A stretch of 31,907 bases of DNA from Gemmatimonadota bacterium (GTDB lineage Bacteria > Gemmatimonadota > Gemmatimonadetes > Gemmatimonadales > Gemmatimonadaceae). The stretch spans positions 1 to 31,907 of the forward strand of contig JANMLN010000022.1 in assembly GCA_031372565.1 (NCBI GenBank), read 5' to 3'. The translations under genes and the position numbers were made by a program. Below the pieces are notes generated by a model. That model made no database searches, was not told the origin of the DNA, and worked only from the letters and a program-made list of their open reading frames with translations. This document shows positions 1 through 9,386 of the stretch, one piece after another; within the stretch, counting starts at the first letter, position 1, and every line of letters begins with the position of its first letter.

Positions 1-2
1 CG

Positions 3-725
3 ACGGTCGATGCCGTCTTCGGGCTGCACGTCTTTCCCGGACCTTCAGGCGCGATCATCACCAAGTCGGGCCCGTGGCTCGCGGCGGCAAACAGTGCCAC
101 GATCATCGTGAAGGGGCGCCAGACACACGGTGCGCAGCCGTGGGGTGGTGTTGATCCCGTGGTGGTCGGCGCGCAGATCGTGGGTGCGCTTCAGACGGTG
201 GTGAGCCGGCAGGTCGACATCACGCGCGCGCCGGCGATCGTCACGATTGGCGCATTCCAGGGCGGTGTGCGTTCGAACATCATCCCCGACTCGGCGGTGA
301 TGCTGCTCTCGATCCGCACCTTCGACCAGCCGATGCGCGACGAGATCTTCCAGCGGGTCACGCGCATCGCCGAGCAGACGGCGGCGGCCAGTGGCGCGAC
401 CGCGAAGGTGACCATCGACTCCGGCTACCACGTGACCGTGAACCAGCCTGCGCTCACCAAGCGGATGTGGCCCACACTGATGCGCGCCGCGGGCGCGAGC
501 GGCGTGATCGAGAGCGGACTGATCACGGGTTCCGAGGACTTCTCCTTCTTCCAGGAGCGTGTGCCGGGCCTGTTCATCGGCCTGGGCGTGACGCCGAAGG
601 ACAAGGATCCGCGCACGGCAGCCGCGAATCACTCGCCACTGTTCTTCGCGGACGAGAACGCGCTGCCCAATGGCGTGCGGGCGATGGTGATGCTCGCGGT
701 CGACTACCTCGCGGGCGGGAAGTAG
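3..725 (+). CDS. M20 family amidohydrolase (5'-truncated by window edge)
   Basis: Frame is open from nt 3 (TVDAVFGLHVFPG...). Motifs GRQTHGAQPW, GVDP, NIIPD, GSEDFSFF and NHSPLF are typical of M20D/Acy1-like amidohydrolases. Confidence 0.9.
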   Translation, partial: TVDAVFGLHVFPGPSGAIITKSGPWLAAANSATIIVKGRQTHGAQPWGGVDPVVVGAQIVGALQTVVSRQVDITRAPAIVTIGAFQGGVRSNIIPDSAVMLLSIRTFDQPMRDEIFQRVTRIAEQTAAASGATAKVTIDSGYHVTVNQPALTKRMWPTLMRAAGASGVIESGLITGSEDFSFFQERVPGLFIGLGVTPKDKDPRTAAANHSPLFFADENALPNGVRAMVMLAVDYLAGGK

Positions 726-765
726 CGCCACGGTTGCGCGACACGACGCACGATATCTTCCTCCC

Positions 766-1311
766 ATGGCCCTGACCGCGACCGTCTCGACGTTCGACAT
801 TGCGCTCAACGACGTGGACCGCCACGTGTACGAACAACTCTCGCTCAAGGTCGCGCGCCATCCGAGCGAGACGGAGGATCACCTCTGGACGCGCGTGCTG
901 GCCTACTGCCTCGAGTACACCGAGGGGATCGCGTTCTCCAAGGGCGGCCTGTCCGACCCCGATGAGCCGGCGATCCTCGTGCGCGACCTGACCGGGACGA
1001 TCACGGCCTGGATCGAGGTTGGCGCACCCGATGCCGCTCGGTTGCACAAGGCGAGCAAGGCGGCGCCGCGCGTCGCGCTGTACACGCACAAGGACCCGCG
1101 CATTCTGCTGCGCGGCTATGACGGCGCGCGCATTCACCGCGCCGAGGATGTGGACATCTTCGCCGTGGACCGCGAGTTGCTCGCCGCGCTCGCGGATCAC
1201 CTCGACAAACGCGTCACGTGCTCGCTGTCGGTGACCGACGGACAGCTCTACGTGGACATCAACGGCACGGTCTTGCCCGGGACCGTCGAACGCCTCACCC
1301 TGCCCGGCTGA
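766..1311 (+). CDS. yaeQ: YaeQ family protein
   Basis: MALTAT..., ARHPSET, RVLAYCL, GLSDPDEP and WIEVG match the YaeQ pattern. TATCTT lies 6 nt before the ATG. Confidence 0.9.
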   Translation: MALTATVSTFDIALNDVDRHVYEQLSLKVARHPSETEDHLWTRVLAYCLEYTEGIAFSKGGLSDPDEPAILVRDLTGTITAWIEVGAPDAARLHKASKAAPRVALYTHKDPRILLRGYDGARIHRAEDVDIFAVDRELLAALADHLDKRVTCSLSVTDGQLYVDINGTVLPGTVERLTLPG

Positions 1312-1319
1312 CCGTGCCC

Positions 1320-2588
1320 ATGCGTCGTCTGATCGTTGTGGCCGCGCTCGTGACCGCCAGCGCGTCGGTGGCGAACGCGCAGCAGAAGGAACTCGCCAGC
1401 TTCCTGCCGCAGGCGCGGCGCCTGATGCGCGAAGCGCCCTTCATCGACTCGCACAACGACCTTCCCGAGATGCTGCACGCGCGCTCGCGCGGTGACTTTT
1501 CGAAGGATGACCCGGAGAAGCCGCTTGCGCGGATCGACACGGACCTGCCGCGGCTCAAGGCGGGAGGGGTGGGCGCGGAGTTCTGGGCGGCGTATGTCCC
1601 GTCGATGTACGACGGCCACGGCGCCGCGGCGCACGCGCTGACGCTCATCGACCAGATCCACCGGATGAATGCGCGGTCCCGCGTGCTGCAGCAAGCGACG
1701 TCGGCCGATGGCATCACGCGCGCCTTCAAGGCCGGCAAGATCGCGTCGCTGATCGGGATCGAGGGCGGGCACGCGATCGAGAACAACCTGTCGGTGCTGC
1801 GCGAGTTCTACGCGGCGGGGGTGCGCTACATGACGCTGACCCACGGCTCCACGATTCCGTGGGCAGATGCCGCCACCGACTCGGCGCGCCACAAGGGGCT
1901 CACGCCGTTCGGCCACGAAGTGGTGCGCGAGATGAACCGTCTTGGCATGATGGTCGACATCTCGCATGTGTCGGACGGCGTCATGAGCGACGTGGCGCGC
2001 ACGAGCGTCGCGCCGCTCTTCTTCTCGCACTCGTCGGCGCGCGCGTTGGCCGATCATCCGCGCAACGTGCCCGACTCGATTCTGGCGATTGTCGGCAAGA
2101 AGGGGGGCGTCGTGATGGTCAATGCCTACCCGGCCTTCATCGACCCGGTGGGCGCGCAGAAGATGCAGAAGGTCTTCGAGGTCGAGCGCACCTTCCGCGC
2201 GCAGTATCCGAACGATCCGGCCAAGGTCGACTCGTTGTTCGGGGCGTACATCAACGGCCCCGAGATTCCGCGTGGCACGCTCGGTCAGTACGTCGACCAC
2301 ATCGAGCATGTCATGCGGGTGGCCGGCCCGACGCATGTCGGCATCGGCGCGGATCTGGGCTCGCTCGAAATCCACCCGGTTGGCCTCGAGGACGTGTCCC
2401 GGTTTCCGAACGTGGTCGCCGAGCTCCTGCGCCGCGGGCACAGCGAAGCGGAGGTCAAGCTGATCATGGGGGGCAACCTGCTGCGCGTGATGCGCGAGAC
2501 CGAAGCGGTGGCGCGTCGACTGCAGAAGACGCGCGGCCCGTCCACGGCCACGATGGCGCAACTCGACTCGAACCGCGTCCGCCCGTAG
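1320..2588 (+). CDS. Secreted membrane dipeptidase (peptidase M19)
   Basis: Signal peptide MRRLIVVAALVTASASVANA, then DSHND, GIEGGH, YMTLTH, EMNRLGMMVDISH, FSHSS, HPRNVPD. Start moved to ATG 1320. Confidence 0.9.
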   Translation: MRRLIVVAALVTASASVANAQQKELASFLPQARRLMREAPFIDSHNDLPEMLHARSRGDFSKDDPEKPLARIDTDLPRLKAGGVGAEFWAAYVPSMYDGHGAAAHALTLIDQIHRMNARSRVLQQATSADGITRAFKAGKIASLIGIEGGHAIENNLSVLREFYAAGVRYMTLTHGSTIPWADAATDSARHKGLTPFGHEVVREMNRLGMMVDISHVSDGVMSDVARTSVAPLFFSHSSARALADHPRNVPDSILAIVGKKGGVVMVNAYPAFIDPVGAQKMQKVFEVERTFRAQYPNDPAKVDSLFGAYINGPEIPRGTLGQYVDHIEHVMRVAGPTHVGIGADLGSLEIHPVGLEDVSRFPNVVAELLRRGHSEAEVKLIMGGNLLRVMRETEAVARRLQKTRGPSTATMAQLDSNRVRP

Positions 2589-2630
2589 CCACGCACGCGC
2601 TGTGCGCGCGTGCATCACATCACGCGCGTG

Positions 2631-4025
2631 CTACGTCGCGGTCGCCAGCTGTCGCGCCCGCGGCACCGGCGTGTGCTTGTAGCGCCCCGGCAGTCCCATC
2701 GGCGGCTTCCCGATGTCCTCCCCGGCTGAGCGCAGCTCACGCGCGAGCTCTGCGCGGAACTTGCCGTAGTCCACTTCGACCGCGTGCCGCTGTCCGCCGT
2801 CAAAGTCATAGTGCGGATGCGCGAGTTCGTCGGCGATGGCCGCGTCGAGATCGGCCGGCCGGCGGTAGCGACCCTGCAGTTCGAGGCAGGCGATGCGCGC
2901 CTGGTAGTCGGCCAACGGCCAGATGCACCCGAGCGGCTGGAAGAGCCCGATGAAGTAGAGCGTCGGGTGCTCGGGGTGCAGCATCTTGCGGTAGAGCGGA
3001 ATCTTCTCGAGTCGCTTGAAGTTGACGAACGCTTCGTCGAAGAAGGGGAAGGTGGTCCAGAAGCCGGTGCACGCACAGATGATGTCGAACGCTTCGCGCA
3101 TGCCGTCGGTGAAGGTCACCTCGAGCCCATCCCACCGCGCGATGCCGCGACGCGGCTTCACGCGACCGTGCCGGATGAAGTCGAGCAGATCGGAGTTGAG
3201 TGTCGGATGCTGCGTGAGCGGCGGCCGCGGATTCTCCGGCAATCCGTAGCGGCTGTACGGCCCCTGCAACACGCGCAGCATCAGCCGGAACACGATCTGC
3301 CGGATCGCAACCGGGACCCACGCCGAGTGCGACGCAAACACGTCCGTCGGCTGCCCGAACAGGAACTTGGGAAAGAACCACTGCGGGCTGCGCATCGACA
3401 TGCACACGGTGCCCGCCACGCGCGCCGATTCCACCGCGACGTCGCACGCCGAGTTGCCGCCACCGATGACCAGCACGCGCTGTCCGCGCCAGCTCTCGTC
3501 GACGCCCTTGAAGTCGTGGGAGTGGAGGAAGCGGCCGGTGTATCTGCCGTCGTACTCGGGCACCTTGGGGTCCCAGTGATGTCCGCTGGCGACCATGAGC
3601 GCATCGAAGCGCTCCGTGGTGACGGTGCCGTCGGGGGCCTGCACGCGCACCGACCAGGCACCGCCCGGCAACGGCGACACGTGCTGCACCTCGTGGTTGA
3701 ACTGGATGACGTCCATCACGCCGAAGTGCCGCGCATACCCCTCGAAGTAGGCCTGCACCTGGCGGTGATTCGGATAGTCCGGATACTCGGCCGGCATCGG
3801 GAAGTCTTCGTACTCGGACCACGCCTTCGAGCTGATGATGTGCGTGTTCTCGTACACGCTCGAGTGGTTGGTGCGCGAGTTGAAGACCCAGTTGCCGCCC
3901 ACCATGTCGTTCTTCTCGTAGCAGGTGACGTCGAGACCGGCGACGAGACAGTTCTTGGCGGCGGCGAGGCCGCTTGGGCCCGCGCCGATCACGCAGACGC
4001 GTGGCGATGATGTGGAGGACGGCAT
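2631..4025 (-). CDS. Flavin-containing monooxygenase (class B, FMO-like)
   Basis: FAD motif GAGPSG, GGNW, FMO fingerprint YTGRFLHSHDF, NADPH motif GGGNS, and CTGF. Confidence 0.92.
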   Translation of the reverse strand: MPSSTSSPRVCVIGAGPSGLAAAKNCLVAGLDVTCYEKNDMVGGNWVFNSRTNHSSVYENTHIISSKAWSEYEDFPMPAEYPDYPNHRQVQAYFEGYARHFGVMDVIQFNHEVQHVSPLPGGAWSVRVQAPDGTVTTERFDALMVASGHHWDPKVPEYDGRYTGRFLHSHDFKGVDESWRGQRVLVIGGGNSACDVAVESARVAGTVCMSMRSPQWFFPKFLFGQPTDVFASHSAWVPVAIRQIVFRLMLRVLQGPYSRYGLPENPRPPLTQHPTLNSDLLDFIRHGRVKPRRGIARWDGLEVTFTDGMREAFDIICACTGFWTTFPFFDEAFVNFKRLEKIPLYRKMLHPEHPTLYFIGLFQPLGCIWPLADYQARIACLELQGRYRRPADLDAAIADELAHPHYDFDGGQRHAVEVDYGKFRAELARELRSAGEDIGKPPMGLPGRYKHTPVPRARQLATAT

Positions 4026-4027
4026 GC

Positions 4028-4040
4028 CCTCAATTTGAGG
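4028..4040. promoter_or_regulatory. Palindrome CCTCAA-T-TTGAGG overlapping the putative -10 (CAAATT, minus strand) of the FMO gene
   Basis: Perfect 6-bp inverted repeat immediately upstream of the ATG at 4025. Confidence 0.35.
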
Positions 4041-4080
4041 CGGCGCCGTGCGAGGCGCCTCCCCCTCTCGCCACGCCGGG

Positions 4081-4803
4081 TCAGCGGCCGCTGCGCCGGG
4101 TCAGTCGCCGCAGCGCGGAGTAACCGTCGCGGAGCATCCGGTGCCCCCACAACCACCCGCGCGCCACCGTGCAGGTGATGTCAGCCCACACGACCGTCGC
4201 GGCCCGAGCGGTGGCCGAGTGCTGGCGCGGCGCGAGGATCGCCGACCAGGCGATCGGCCACGGACCGCCGTCGCCCCGCAGGCGGACCCGGACGAGGTCG
4301 AAGCGGTGACTCAGCAGCCGGTTGAGCTGAGCGAAGGTGAATCGCTGCGGATGCTCGTCGGTCGGGTACGGCCGCTCGATGTGGACATGCAGCCAGAGCT
4401 GCCCACCGGGGGCCAGGTGTGCCTCCAGCACGGCGAGCAGCTCGTCCGGCGCCTCCATGTGGTCGAGCGCGTTGAGCAGCAGGATGAGCGAGAATCGCTG
4501 GTCGGGCAGCGCCTGCACGATCGGGTAGCGCTTGTCGGGGAAGCGGGCGTTGTACTCGTCCGCGAGGGCGTCGACCGCCACGACGCGCGCCTCCGGGGGG
4601 GCGAACACTTCGAGGACCGAGAACGGCCCCGAGCCGACGTCGGCGATCTGTTCACGCGCCCAGTCGAGCTGCGCGAAGGGGAAGAAGCCGCGATACCGCT
4701 CCAGATCCCGGCGCCAGAGCCGGAGTTCATTGCGCTCCCAGTACGCGAGCTCCGCCGAGAGACTCTGCTCGGTGGGGGCACCGGGAAGTGGTCGCGAGGT
4801 CAT
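4081..4803 (-). CDS. Class I SAM-dependent methyltransferase
   Basis: Motif I IADVGSGP, VVAVD, NALDH, LAPGGQL. Extended -10 TGcTACCTT lies 7 nt before ATG 4803. Confidence 0.8.
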   Translation of the reverse strand: MTSRPLPGAPTEQSLSAELAYWERNELRLWRRDLERYRGFFPFAQLDWAREQIADVGSGPFSVLEVFAPPEARVVAVDALADEYNARFPDKRYPIVQALPDQRFSLILLLNALDHMEAPDELLAVLEAHLAPGGQLWLHVHIERPYPTDEHPQRFTFAQLNRLLSHRFDLVRVRLRGDGGPWPIAWSAILAPRQHSATARAATVVWADITCTVARGWLWGHRMLRDGYSALRRLTRRSGR

Positions 4804-4865
4804 GGCGAGCAAGGTAGCAGGGCCACCGGTCGTGTCACCCGTGGCGTCACGGGGCGCAAACGACG

Positions 4866-4898
4866 CGCGCCCGCCCGTCAGGCGGACGGGCGGGCGCG
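4866..4898 (-). terminator. GC-rich hairpin, probable terminator of the lipoprotein gene
   Basis: 14-bp perfect stem CGCGCCCGCCCGTC/GACGGGCGGGCGCG with a 5-nt loop, 22 nt after the stop at 4921. The T-tract is weak (cgtcgttt). Confidence 0.55.
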
Positions 4899-4920
4899 GG
4901 GGTCGCTGGAAGCTGGCAGC

Positions 4921-5754
4921 TTAGTTCAGCGGGCAGGTGATGCCGGGATAGGCATCGGAGAACGACTCGAACCGGTTCTTGGTCGGATCGTAGACCTTGC
5001 TGGCGAAGGCGGCGTTGAACTCGCTGATGATCTGCGAGGAGGTGAGTCCGTAGGTCGGCGAGCCGATCGCGCCAGCGTTGAGGAACGCGCTCACCGTGTG
5101 CCGTCCGAGGGCGTTGAGACCACCGCCGCCCTGCGAGAGGACCTGCTGGAACGTCTTGTTGGGGAACGCGTTGGCGAACACGGCGCTGAACAGCGTACTC
5201 TGCGTGTACGGCGCCGGCCAGCGCCTGTGGTTCTTCCAGTAGCCCGGCGTGCAACCCTGCGTTGGTCTCACAGCCGAGACGTATCCGAAGTCCAGCGACA
5301 CGTTGGCTTCGCCGTCCGCAACCGTGGCGGTGGTGCACGAGCGGTTGCTATCGATCTCACGGTCCGCGCCCACTTCTGCGGCCGTCGGCGCGTAGGTCAT
5401 CGGCGTCACCGCCTCGACCGAGTACGTCCCCGCGGTCACATAGAACTGGTAGTAGCCGGTAATCGGATCGCTGACCTGCGTCTGGATCGGCGTGCCGCCG
5501 CACACCGTGCCGGCGTACAGGTTGAGCGTGACGTTCGGGAGTGGCGCGTCGCCGACATCCTGAATGCCGTTCCCGTTCACGTCGACCCACGTCAGATCAC
5601 CCAACGACGTGGCGAAGAAGAACGTCGACGTGCGATTGACGCGGTTCGTACTCTTCGGCGCGAGCGCGGACTGGTCGCTGCACGCAGCGAGCACGACGGC
5701 GCTTGCAACGGCCAGCGTGGTCAGCGGATGGCGCGTGGATGGCAGGCGGATCAT
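4921..5754 (-). CDS. Lipoprotein with SdrD B-like (Cna-B type) domain and C-terminal GCTPGYWKNH domain
   Basis: GGAG RBS before ATG 5754; lipobox LAAC; SLGDLTWVDVNGNGIQDVGDAPLPNVTLNL...GYYQF...GTYSV...LDFGY is SdrD_B-like. Confidence 0.8.
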   Translation of the reverse strand: MIRLPSTRHPLTTLAVASAVVLAACSDQSALAPKSTNRVNRTSTFFFATSLGDLTWVDVNGNGIQDVGDAPLPNVTLNLYAGTVCGGTPIQTQVSDPITGYYQFYVTAGTYSVEAVTPMTYAPTAAEVGADREIDSNRSCTTATVADGEANVSLDFGYVSAVRPTQGCTPGYWKNHRRWPAPYTQSTLFSAVFANAFPNKTFQQVLSQGGGGLNALGRHTVSAFLNAGAIGSPTYGLTSSQIISEFNAAFASKVYDPTKNRFESFSDAYPGITCPLN

Positions 5755-5836
5755 TGGGTGCACTCCAGAGATCGAATACGCAGGAAGTCGAGGCTGACGG
5801 CAGACGGAGGCGTCGCGGGCAACATGCCCTCGAGAC

Positions 5837-5931
5837 GCATGGAACATGCCATCGATAGCAGTCTGGAAGTCCTTATTCCACAACGCGTTAGGATTGTCAC
5901 ACGCCCCCTAGGTGTTGCGTGAACACAACAC
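5837..5931 (-). promoter_or_regulatory. Putative sigma54 promoter with IHF-like site and upstream palindrome
   Basis: Minus-strand TGGCATGTTCCATGC (5851-5837, GG-N10-GC); CCACAA-N4-TTA at 5878-5890; GTGTTG-N8-CAACAC at 5912-5931. Confidence 0.5.
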
Positions 5932-5966
5932 AACTGCGGGAGCAGGGCGGCGGCGAGGCCAGAGAC

Positions 5967-5996
5967 AGGCAGGTCCTTCGCTGTGCGCAGGTCGAC
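5967..5996 (-). repeat. REP-like 30-bp repeat, diverged copy
   Basis: Reverse complement GTCGACCTGCGCACAGCGAAGGACCTGCCT versus consensus GTCGTCCTGAGCGAAGCGAAGGACCTGCTT. Confidence 0.75.
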
Positions 5997-5998
5997 GG

Positions 5999-7510
5999 CT
6001 AGCGGTACGTCTCGAAGAAGCTCGGACCGCGCGCATCGAGACGCACACCGCCCAGCCGCCCGGTCAGTCGCGCCGTCCCCTTGAGCTGGATGAAGTACGG
6101 TCGCGGGACCTCGCGCGCCGCCACGCTCTCGCCGCGCTCGATCAGGCCGCGGCGCGTGTCCGTGCCCACCGCATCCTCCACCTCGAGCGCGATCATCAGT
6201 GTGTCCGCGCCGCGCACATCTGTCATCGTACCACGCTGCGGCACGCGCACGGCACGACCATCGACCATGATGGTGCGCGCATCGTCCCACGTGATCGCTC
6301 GCGGGCGGAACAGCGCGCGAAAGCCCAGGGAATCAACCAGATACAGGAACAGGGGCGCGCGCGCCGCACTGCTGTCAGCCTGCCGCACACGCCCGAACAA
6401 CAACGAATACTCCCCGGCGCGCGCCTGCCCCCACTCCCACTCGACGCGCCGCCACAGCCCCCAGTTATGGTCGTGATACGCGGGCGCCACGTCGATGCGC
6501 TCGCACCCCCCGCTCACGCAGATCGTGCCGCTGGCCTCCGCACGCAGCGCCGGTACCGCATAGCCCGACACCAGCCCGCCGGGAAGACCATCACCCAGCG
6601 AGGCGCCCGGGAAGTACGCGCGCGGCGACGGCGTCACCTCGAGATCCACGGTCGCGGTCTGCCCCGCGTCGGCTCCCTGCCCCGCGGCCGTGCCCGTCAC
6701 GCGATACGTCCCGCGATCGGTCACCCGTACGGCGCCGGGTCCCACCACCAGATCGGCCGCGTCGGTCGAGAACTGCACCGCGCTCGGTGGCACCTGCAGC
6801 GCGAACCGCCGCGCGCGCTGCCCCTCGGCGTGCAACGTGAACAGGAGCTGGCCTCCCCACCGACCGTCCGGCACGTTGCCCGCGATCATCCAGGTGAGGA
6901 AGGCCCACTTCCGCCCGCCGCTCCAGAGCACGTTCACGTAGTGCCACTCGCCCCAGCTCTCGCGCTCCGACACGCTCCGATCGGCGGGGGGCAGGTGAAA
7001 GTGATCGAGATCGTCGCGCAACTCGCGCGGCGTGGGCTGCATCCACCGGCGATCCGTGTCGTCGTCGTCCCACGCGCCGCTGGCCAGCGCTGGCGCCGCA
7101 CCGACCGCGCGTGTCGCCGACGGGATCTCGCCCGTCGCGCGCACCGACCACTCCTGCGCGCCGGCGCGCATCCACAACGTCTTCCCCTCCACCTGCGGCG
7201 CCACCGCGCGCACCGCACGCGCCAGCCGAGGCGACGCCAACAGCTGCTGATGGATGAACCGCGCGTTGGGAATCGAGAAGTACAGGCCACCCACCCCACC
7301 CGTCTTCATGACCTCGAGATCGAGCCCCTCCGGGAGCACCGTCACCTGCCCGCCGCCGATCAGCTTCTCGTCGCTCGCCTGTGCGAGCATCGCGGCGCCA
7401 ATCGAGAGCAGCACGATCATCACACCGACACCGATGCCGAACCCGACAAAGAGCAACGCGGTGCGCCACGGTTGATGCACGACGTTGCGCAGCGCCAGCT
7501 TCGCGATCAC
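5999..7510 (-). CDS. N-terminal half of a MacB/LolE-type ABC permease (TM1 + part of periplasmic domain) fused to an AttH/CrtC-like (lipocalin-type beta-barrel) domain
   Basis: MIAKLALRNVVHQPWRTALLFVGFGIGVGVMIVLLSI is a MacB-type N-terminus/TM1, and there are no C-terminal FtsX helices. WGEWHYVN and YHDHNWG resemble AttH/CrtC/tocopherol-cyclase-like motifs. GTGA overlap with the ATPase gene. Confidence 0.75.
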   Translation of the reverse strand: MIAKLALRNVVHQPWRTALLFVGFGIGVGVMIVLLSIGAAMLAQASDEKLIGGGQVTVLPEGLDLEVMKTGGVGGLYFSIPNARFIHQQLLASPRLARAVRAVAPQVEGKTLWMRAGAQEWSVRATGEIPSATRAVGAAPALASGAWDDDDTDRRWMQPTPRELRDDLDHFHLPPADRSVSERESWGEWHYVNVLWSGGRKWAFLTWMIAGNVPDGRWGGQLLFTLHAEGQRARRFALQVPPSAVQFSTDAADLVVGPGAVRVTDRGTYRVTGTAAGQGADAGQTATVDLEVTPSPRAYFPGASLGDGLPGGLVSGYAVPALRAEASGTICVSGGCERIDVAPAYHDHNWGLWRRVEWEWGQARAGEYSLLFGRVRQADSSAARAPLFLYLVDSLGFRALFRPRAITWDDARTIMVDGRAVRVPQRGTMTDVRGADTLMIALEVEDAVGTDTRRGLIERGESVAAREVPRPYFIQLKGTARLTGRLGGVRLDARGPSFFETYR

Positions 7511-8202
7511 GTGGCCTCGTCCTTCACGACCTGACCGTCGCGCAGCGACACGATCCGTCGACCGGCACGCGCCAGCGATGCGTCATGCGTCACGATCACG
7601 AGCGTCGTGCCGTCCGCGTTCAGCCGATGCAGCAACTTGATCACCTCGGCGCCCGTTGCCGCGTCAAGCTCGCCCGTCGGCTCGTCGGCCAGCAGGAAGG
7701 CCGGCTTGTTCGACAGCGCCCGCGCGATCGCGACCCGCTGCTGCTCGCCGCCGGAGAGCTCGCTCGGCCGATGCTGCGCGCGCGCCTTGAGTCCCACGTA
7801 ATCGAGCAGCTCCAGCACACGCGTGCGCCGCTCAGCCGTCGGGACCCTGGCCTCGGCCATCGGCAGCTCCACGTTCTCGAACGCCGAGAGCTGCGGCATC
7901 AGGTAGAAGCGCTGGAACACGAAGCCCACCTCGCGCAGCCGGAGCGCCGTCGCCTCCTGGTCGGACAACGTGGCCGTGTCGCGCCCCCGAATCTCGACCG
8001 CACCGGAACTCGGACGATCGATGGCGCCCAGCAGGTTGAGCATGGTGCTCTTGCCGCAGCCGCTGGGCCCGATGAGCGACACCCACTCGCCCTCGCGCAC
8101 GTCGAGCGAGATGCCGCGCACGGCGCGCACCGTCTCGGCGCCCAGCGTGAACTCGCGCTTCACGTCGCGGGTGGCGAGCACGACGGGACGGAGATCGGTC
8201 AT
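7507..8202 (-). CDS. ABC transporter ATP-binding protein (LolD/MacB family)
   Basis: Walker A GPSGCGKST, VGFVFQ, LSGGEQQRVAIARAL, LLADEPTGELD, VTHD. ATGA overlap at 8199-8202. Confidence 0.95.
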   Translation of the reverse strand: MTDLRPVVLATRDVKREFTLGAETVRAVRGISLDVREGEWVSLIGPSGCGKSTMLNLLGAIDRPSSGAVEIRGRDTATLSDQEATALRLREVGFVFQRFYLMPQLSAFENVELPMAEARVPTAERRTRVLELLDYVGLKARAQHRPSELSGGEQQRVAIARALSNKPAFLLADEPTGELDAATGAEVIKLLHRLNADGTTLVIVTHDASLARAGRRIVSLRDGQVVKDEAT

Positions 8203-9386
8203 GCGACGGCCTCGGTGCGCAGGGTGCGGGCAATGGGGAGCCGAGCGGCGCGCCACGCGGGGATCGCGCCCGCCATGAAGCCGGTCAACACGAGCAGCCC
8301 GAGCGCGCCGAACGCATCGCGCGCCTCGAACACGAAGAACGAGATGTGCTCGGGGAGACTCGGAAAGCCCGTGAGGATGCTGTTGAGCCACTGCGCCGTC
8401 ACGAGCCCGAGCCCGAGCCCGAGCGTGGCCCCGGCGAGCGCCAAGGCGAGCCCTTCGAGCATTACCTGCCAGGCAATGCGCGAGGCACCCACGCCAATGG
8501 CACGCAGCACCGCGATCTCGCCCAGCCGTTCGTTCACCGACACGGTCACGATCGTGGAGACGAGCAGGAACCCGACCACGAGCGAGATGCTGCCGAGGAC
8601 GAGCGCCATCTGGCGGAAGTAGCCCAGCCGCTCCTCGGCCTGTTTCACGGCGGACTGCGTCGAGAGCGCCGAGACGCGTGGCTGCTCGCGCGCGATGCGC
8701 ACGCCGACGGAATCCGGATTCCGCCCGTCACGCAACTTGAGCATCACGAGGGTCAAGCGATCGCGCCCGTCGGTTCCGCGCATGGCCTGCATCGTCGCGA
8801 GCGGCAGCGCCGCCGCCGACTGGTCCGCAGCGAGATAGGTGAACGACGCTTCGCCCACGATCGTGAACGGCTGCGCGCCCGCAAAGGTGCGCAGCTGAGG
8901 ATCGTAGCCGGCAGCGAGCGTGATCGTGTCGCCGATCGCGCGTCCGGTGGCCGCGAGGTAGGCCCGGTTGAACACGACTTCGTTCGGCGTCCGTGGGTTC
9001 CGGCCGCGCAGCAGGTTGTAGTCGCCCTGCGATTGCGGCGCGAGACCCAGGCCGAACGCCGTCACGGCGCCTTCGCCCTTGGGACTGTGCACGCTGCCGC
9101 CGAGCACGGGCGCCACCGTCGAGATGTCGGGGTCGCGCTCGAGCGCGGCCACGAGCTCCGCCGCGCCGCCGAGCGTCGCTTCGCCATCGAAGGGCAGCGT
9201 GCCGCGCGGACTCAATCGCAGCTGGAAGCCCTGCGCCTCGAGCAGTTGCTTGAACGACACGCGCATGCCGCTCGACATCATCACCATGTCGAGCAGCATC
9301 GCCGACGAGATCGCGATGCCCGCCAGCGCGAGCAGCGTGCGCGCGCGGTGGCGCGTCAGCGAACGGGCCGCCATCGCGATGATCAT
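8199..9386 (-). CDS. Full-length MacB/LolE-type ABC permease (MacB_PCD + FtsX)
   Basis: MIIAMAARSLTRHRARTLLALAGIAI (TM1), a periplasmic domain, SVNERLGEIAVLRAIG, and PAWRAARLPIARTLR. ATGA overlap at 9383-9386. Confidence 0.92.
   Translation of the reverse strand: MIIAMAARSLTRHRARTLLALAGIAISSAMLLDMVMMSSGMRVSFKQLLEAQGFQLRLSPRGTLPFDGEATLGGAAELVAALERDPDISTVAPVLGGSVHSPKGEGAVTAFGLGLAPQSQGDYNLLRGRNPRTPNEVVFNRAYLAATGRAIGDTITLAAGYDPQLRTFAGAQPFTIVGEASFTYLAADQSAAALPLATMQAMRGTDGRDRLTLVMLKLRDGRNPDSVGVRIAREQPRVSALSTQSAVKQAEERLGYFRQMALVLGSISLVVGFLLVSTIVTVSVNERLGEIAVLRAIGVGASRIAWQVMLEGLALALAGATLGLGLGLVTAQWLNSILTGFPSLPEHISFFVFEARDAFGALGLLVLTGFMAGAIPAWRAARLPIARTLRTEAVA

Noticed and set aside
1218..1319. Upstream extensions in the ORF track (1218, 5883, 8391, 9722, 11281, 14970, 21516, 23754, 30142 etc.)
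   Set aside because: They overlap neighbouring genes or promoters. Downstream starts are supported by RBSs, ATGA/GTGA coupling, signal peptides or -10 spacing.
2593..2613. 8-bp hairpin between the convergent dipeptidase and FMO genes
   Set aside because: Short GC-alternating stem that is easily produced by chance, with no U-tract. Not called as a terminator.
4048..5922. 624-aa plus-strand ORF and other long antisense ORFs (e.g. 9536-11662, 14102-16087, 24389-26092, 28166-29908)
   Set aside because: Shadow ORFs opposite well-supported genes, expected in high-GC DNA. They have no recognisable motifs.
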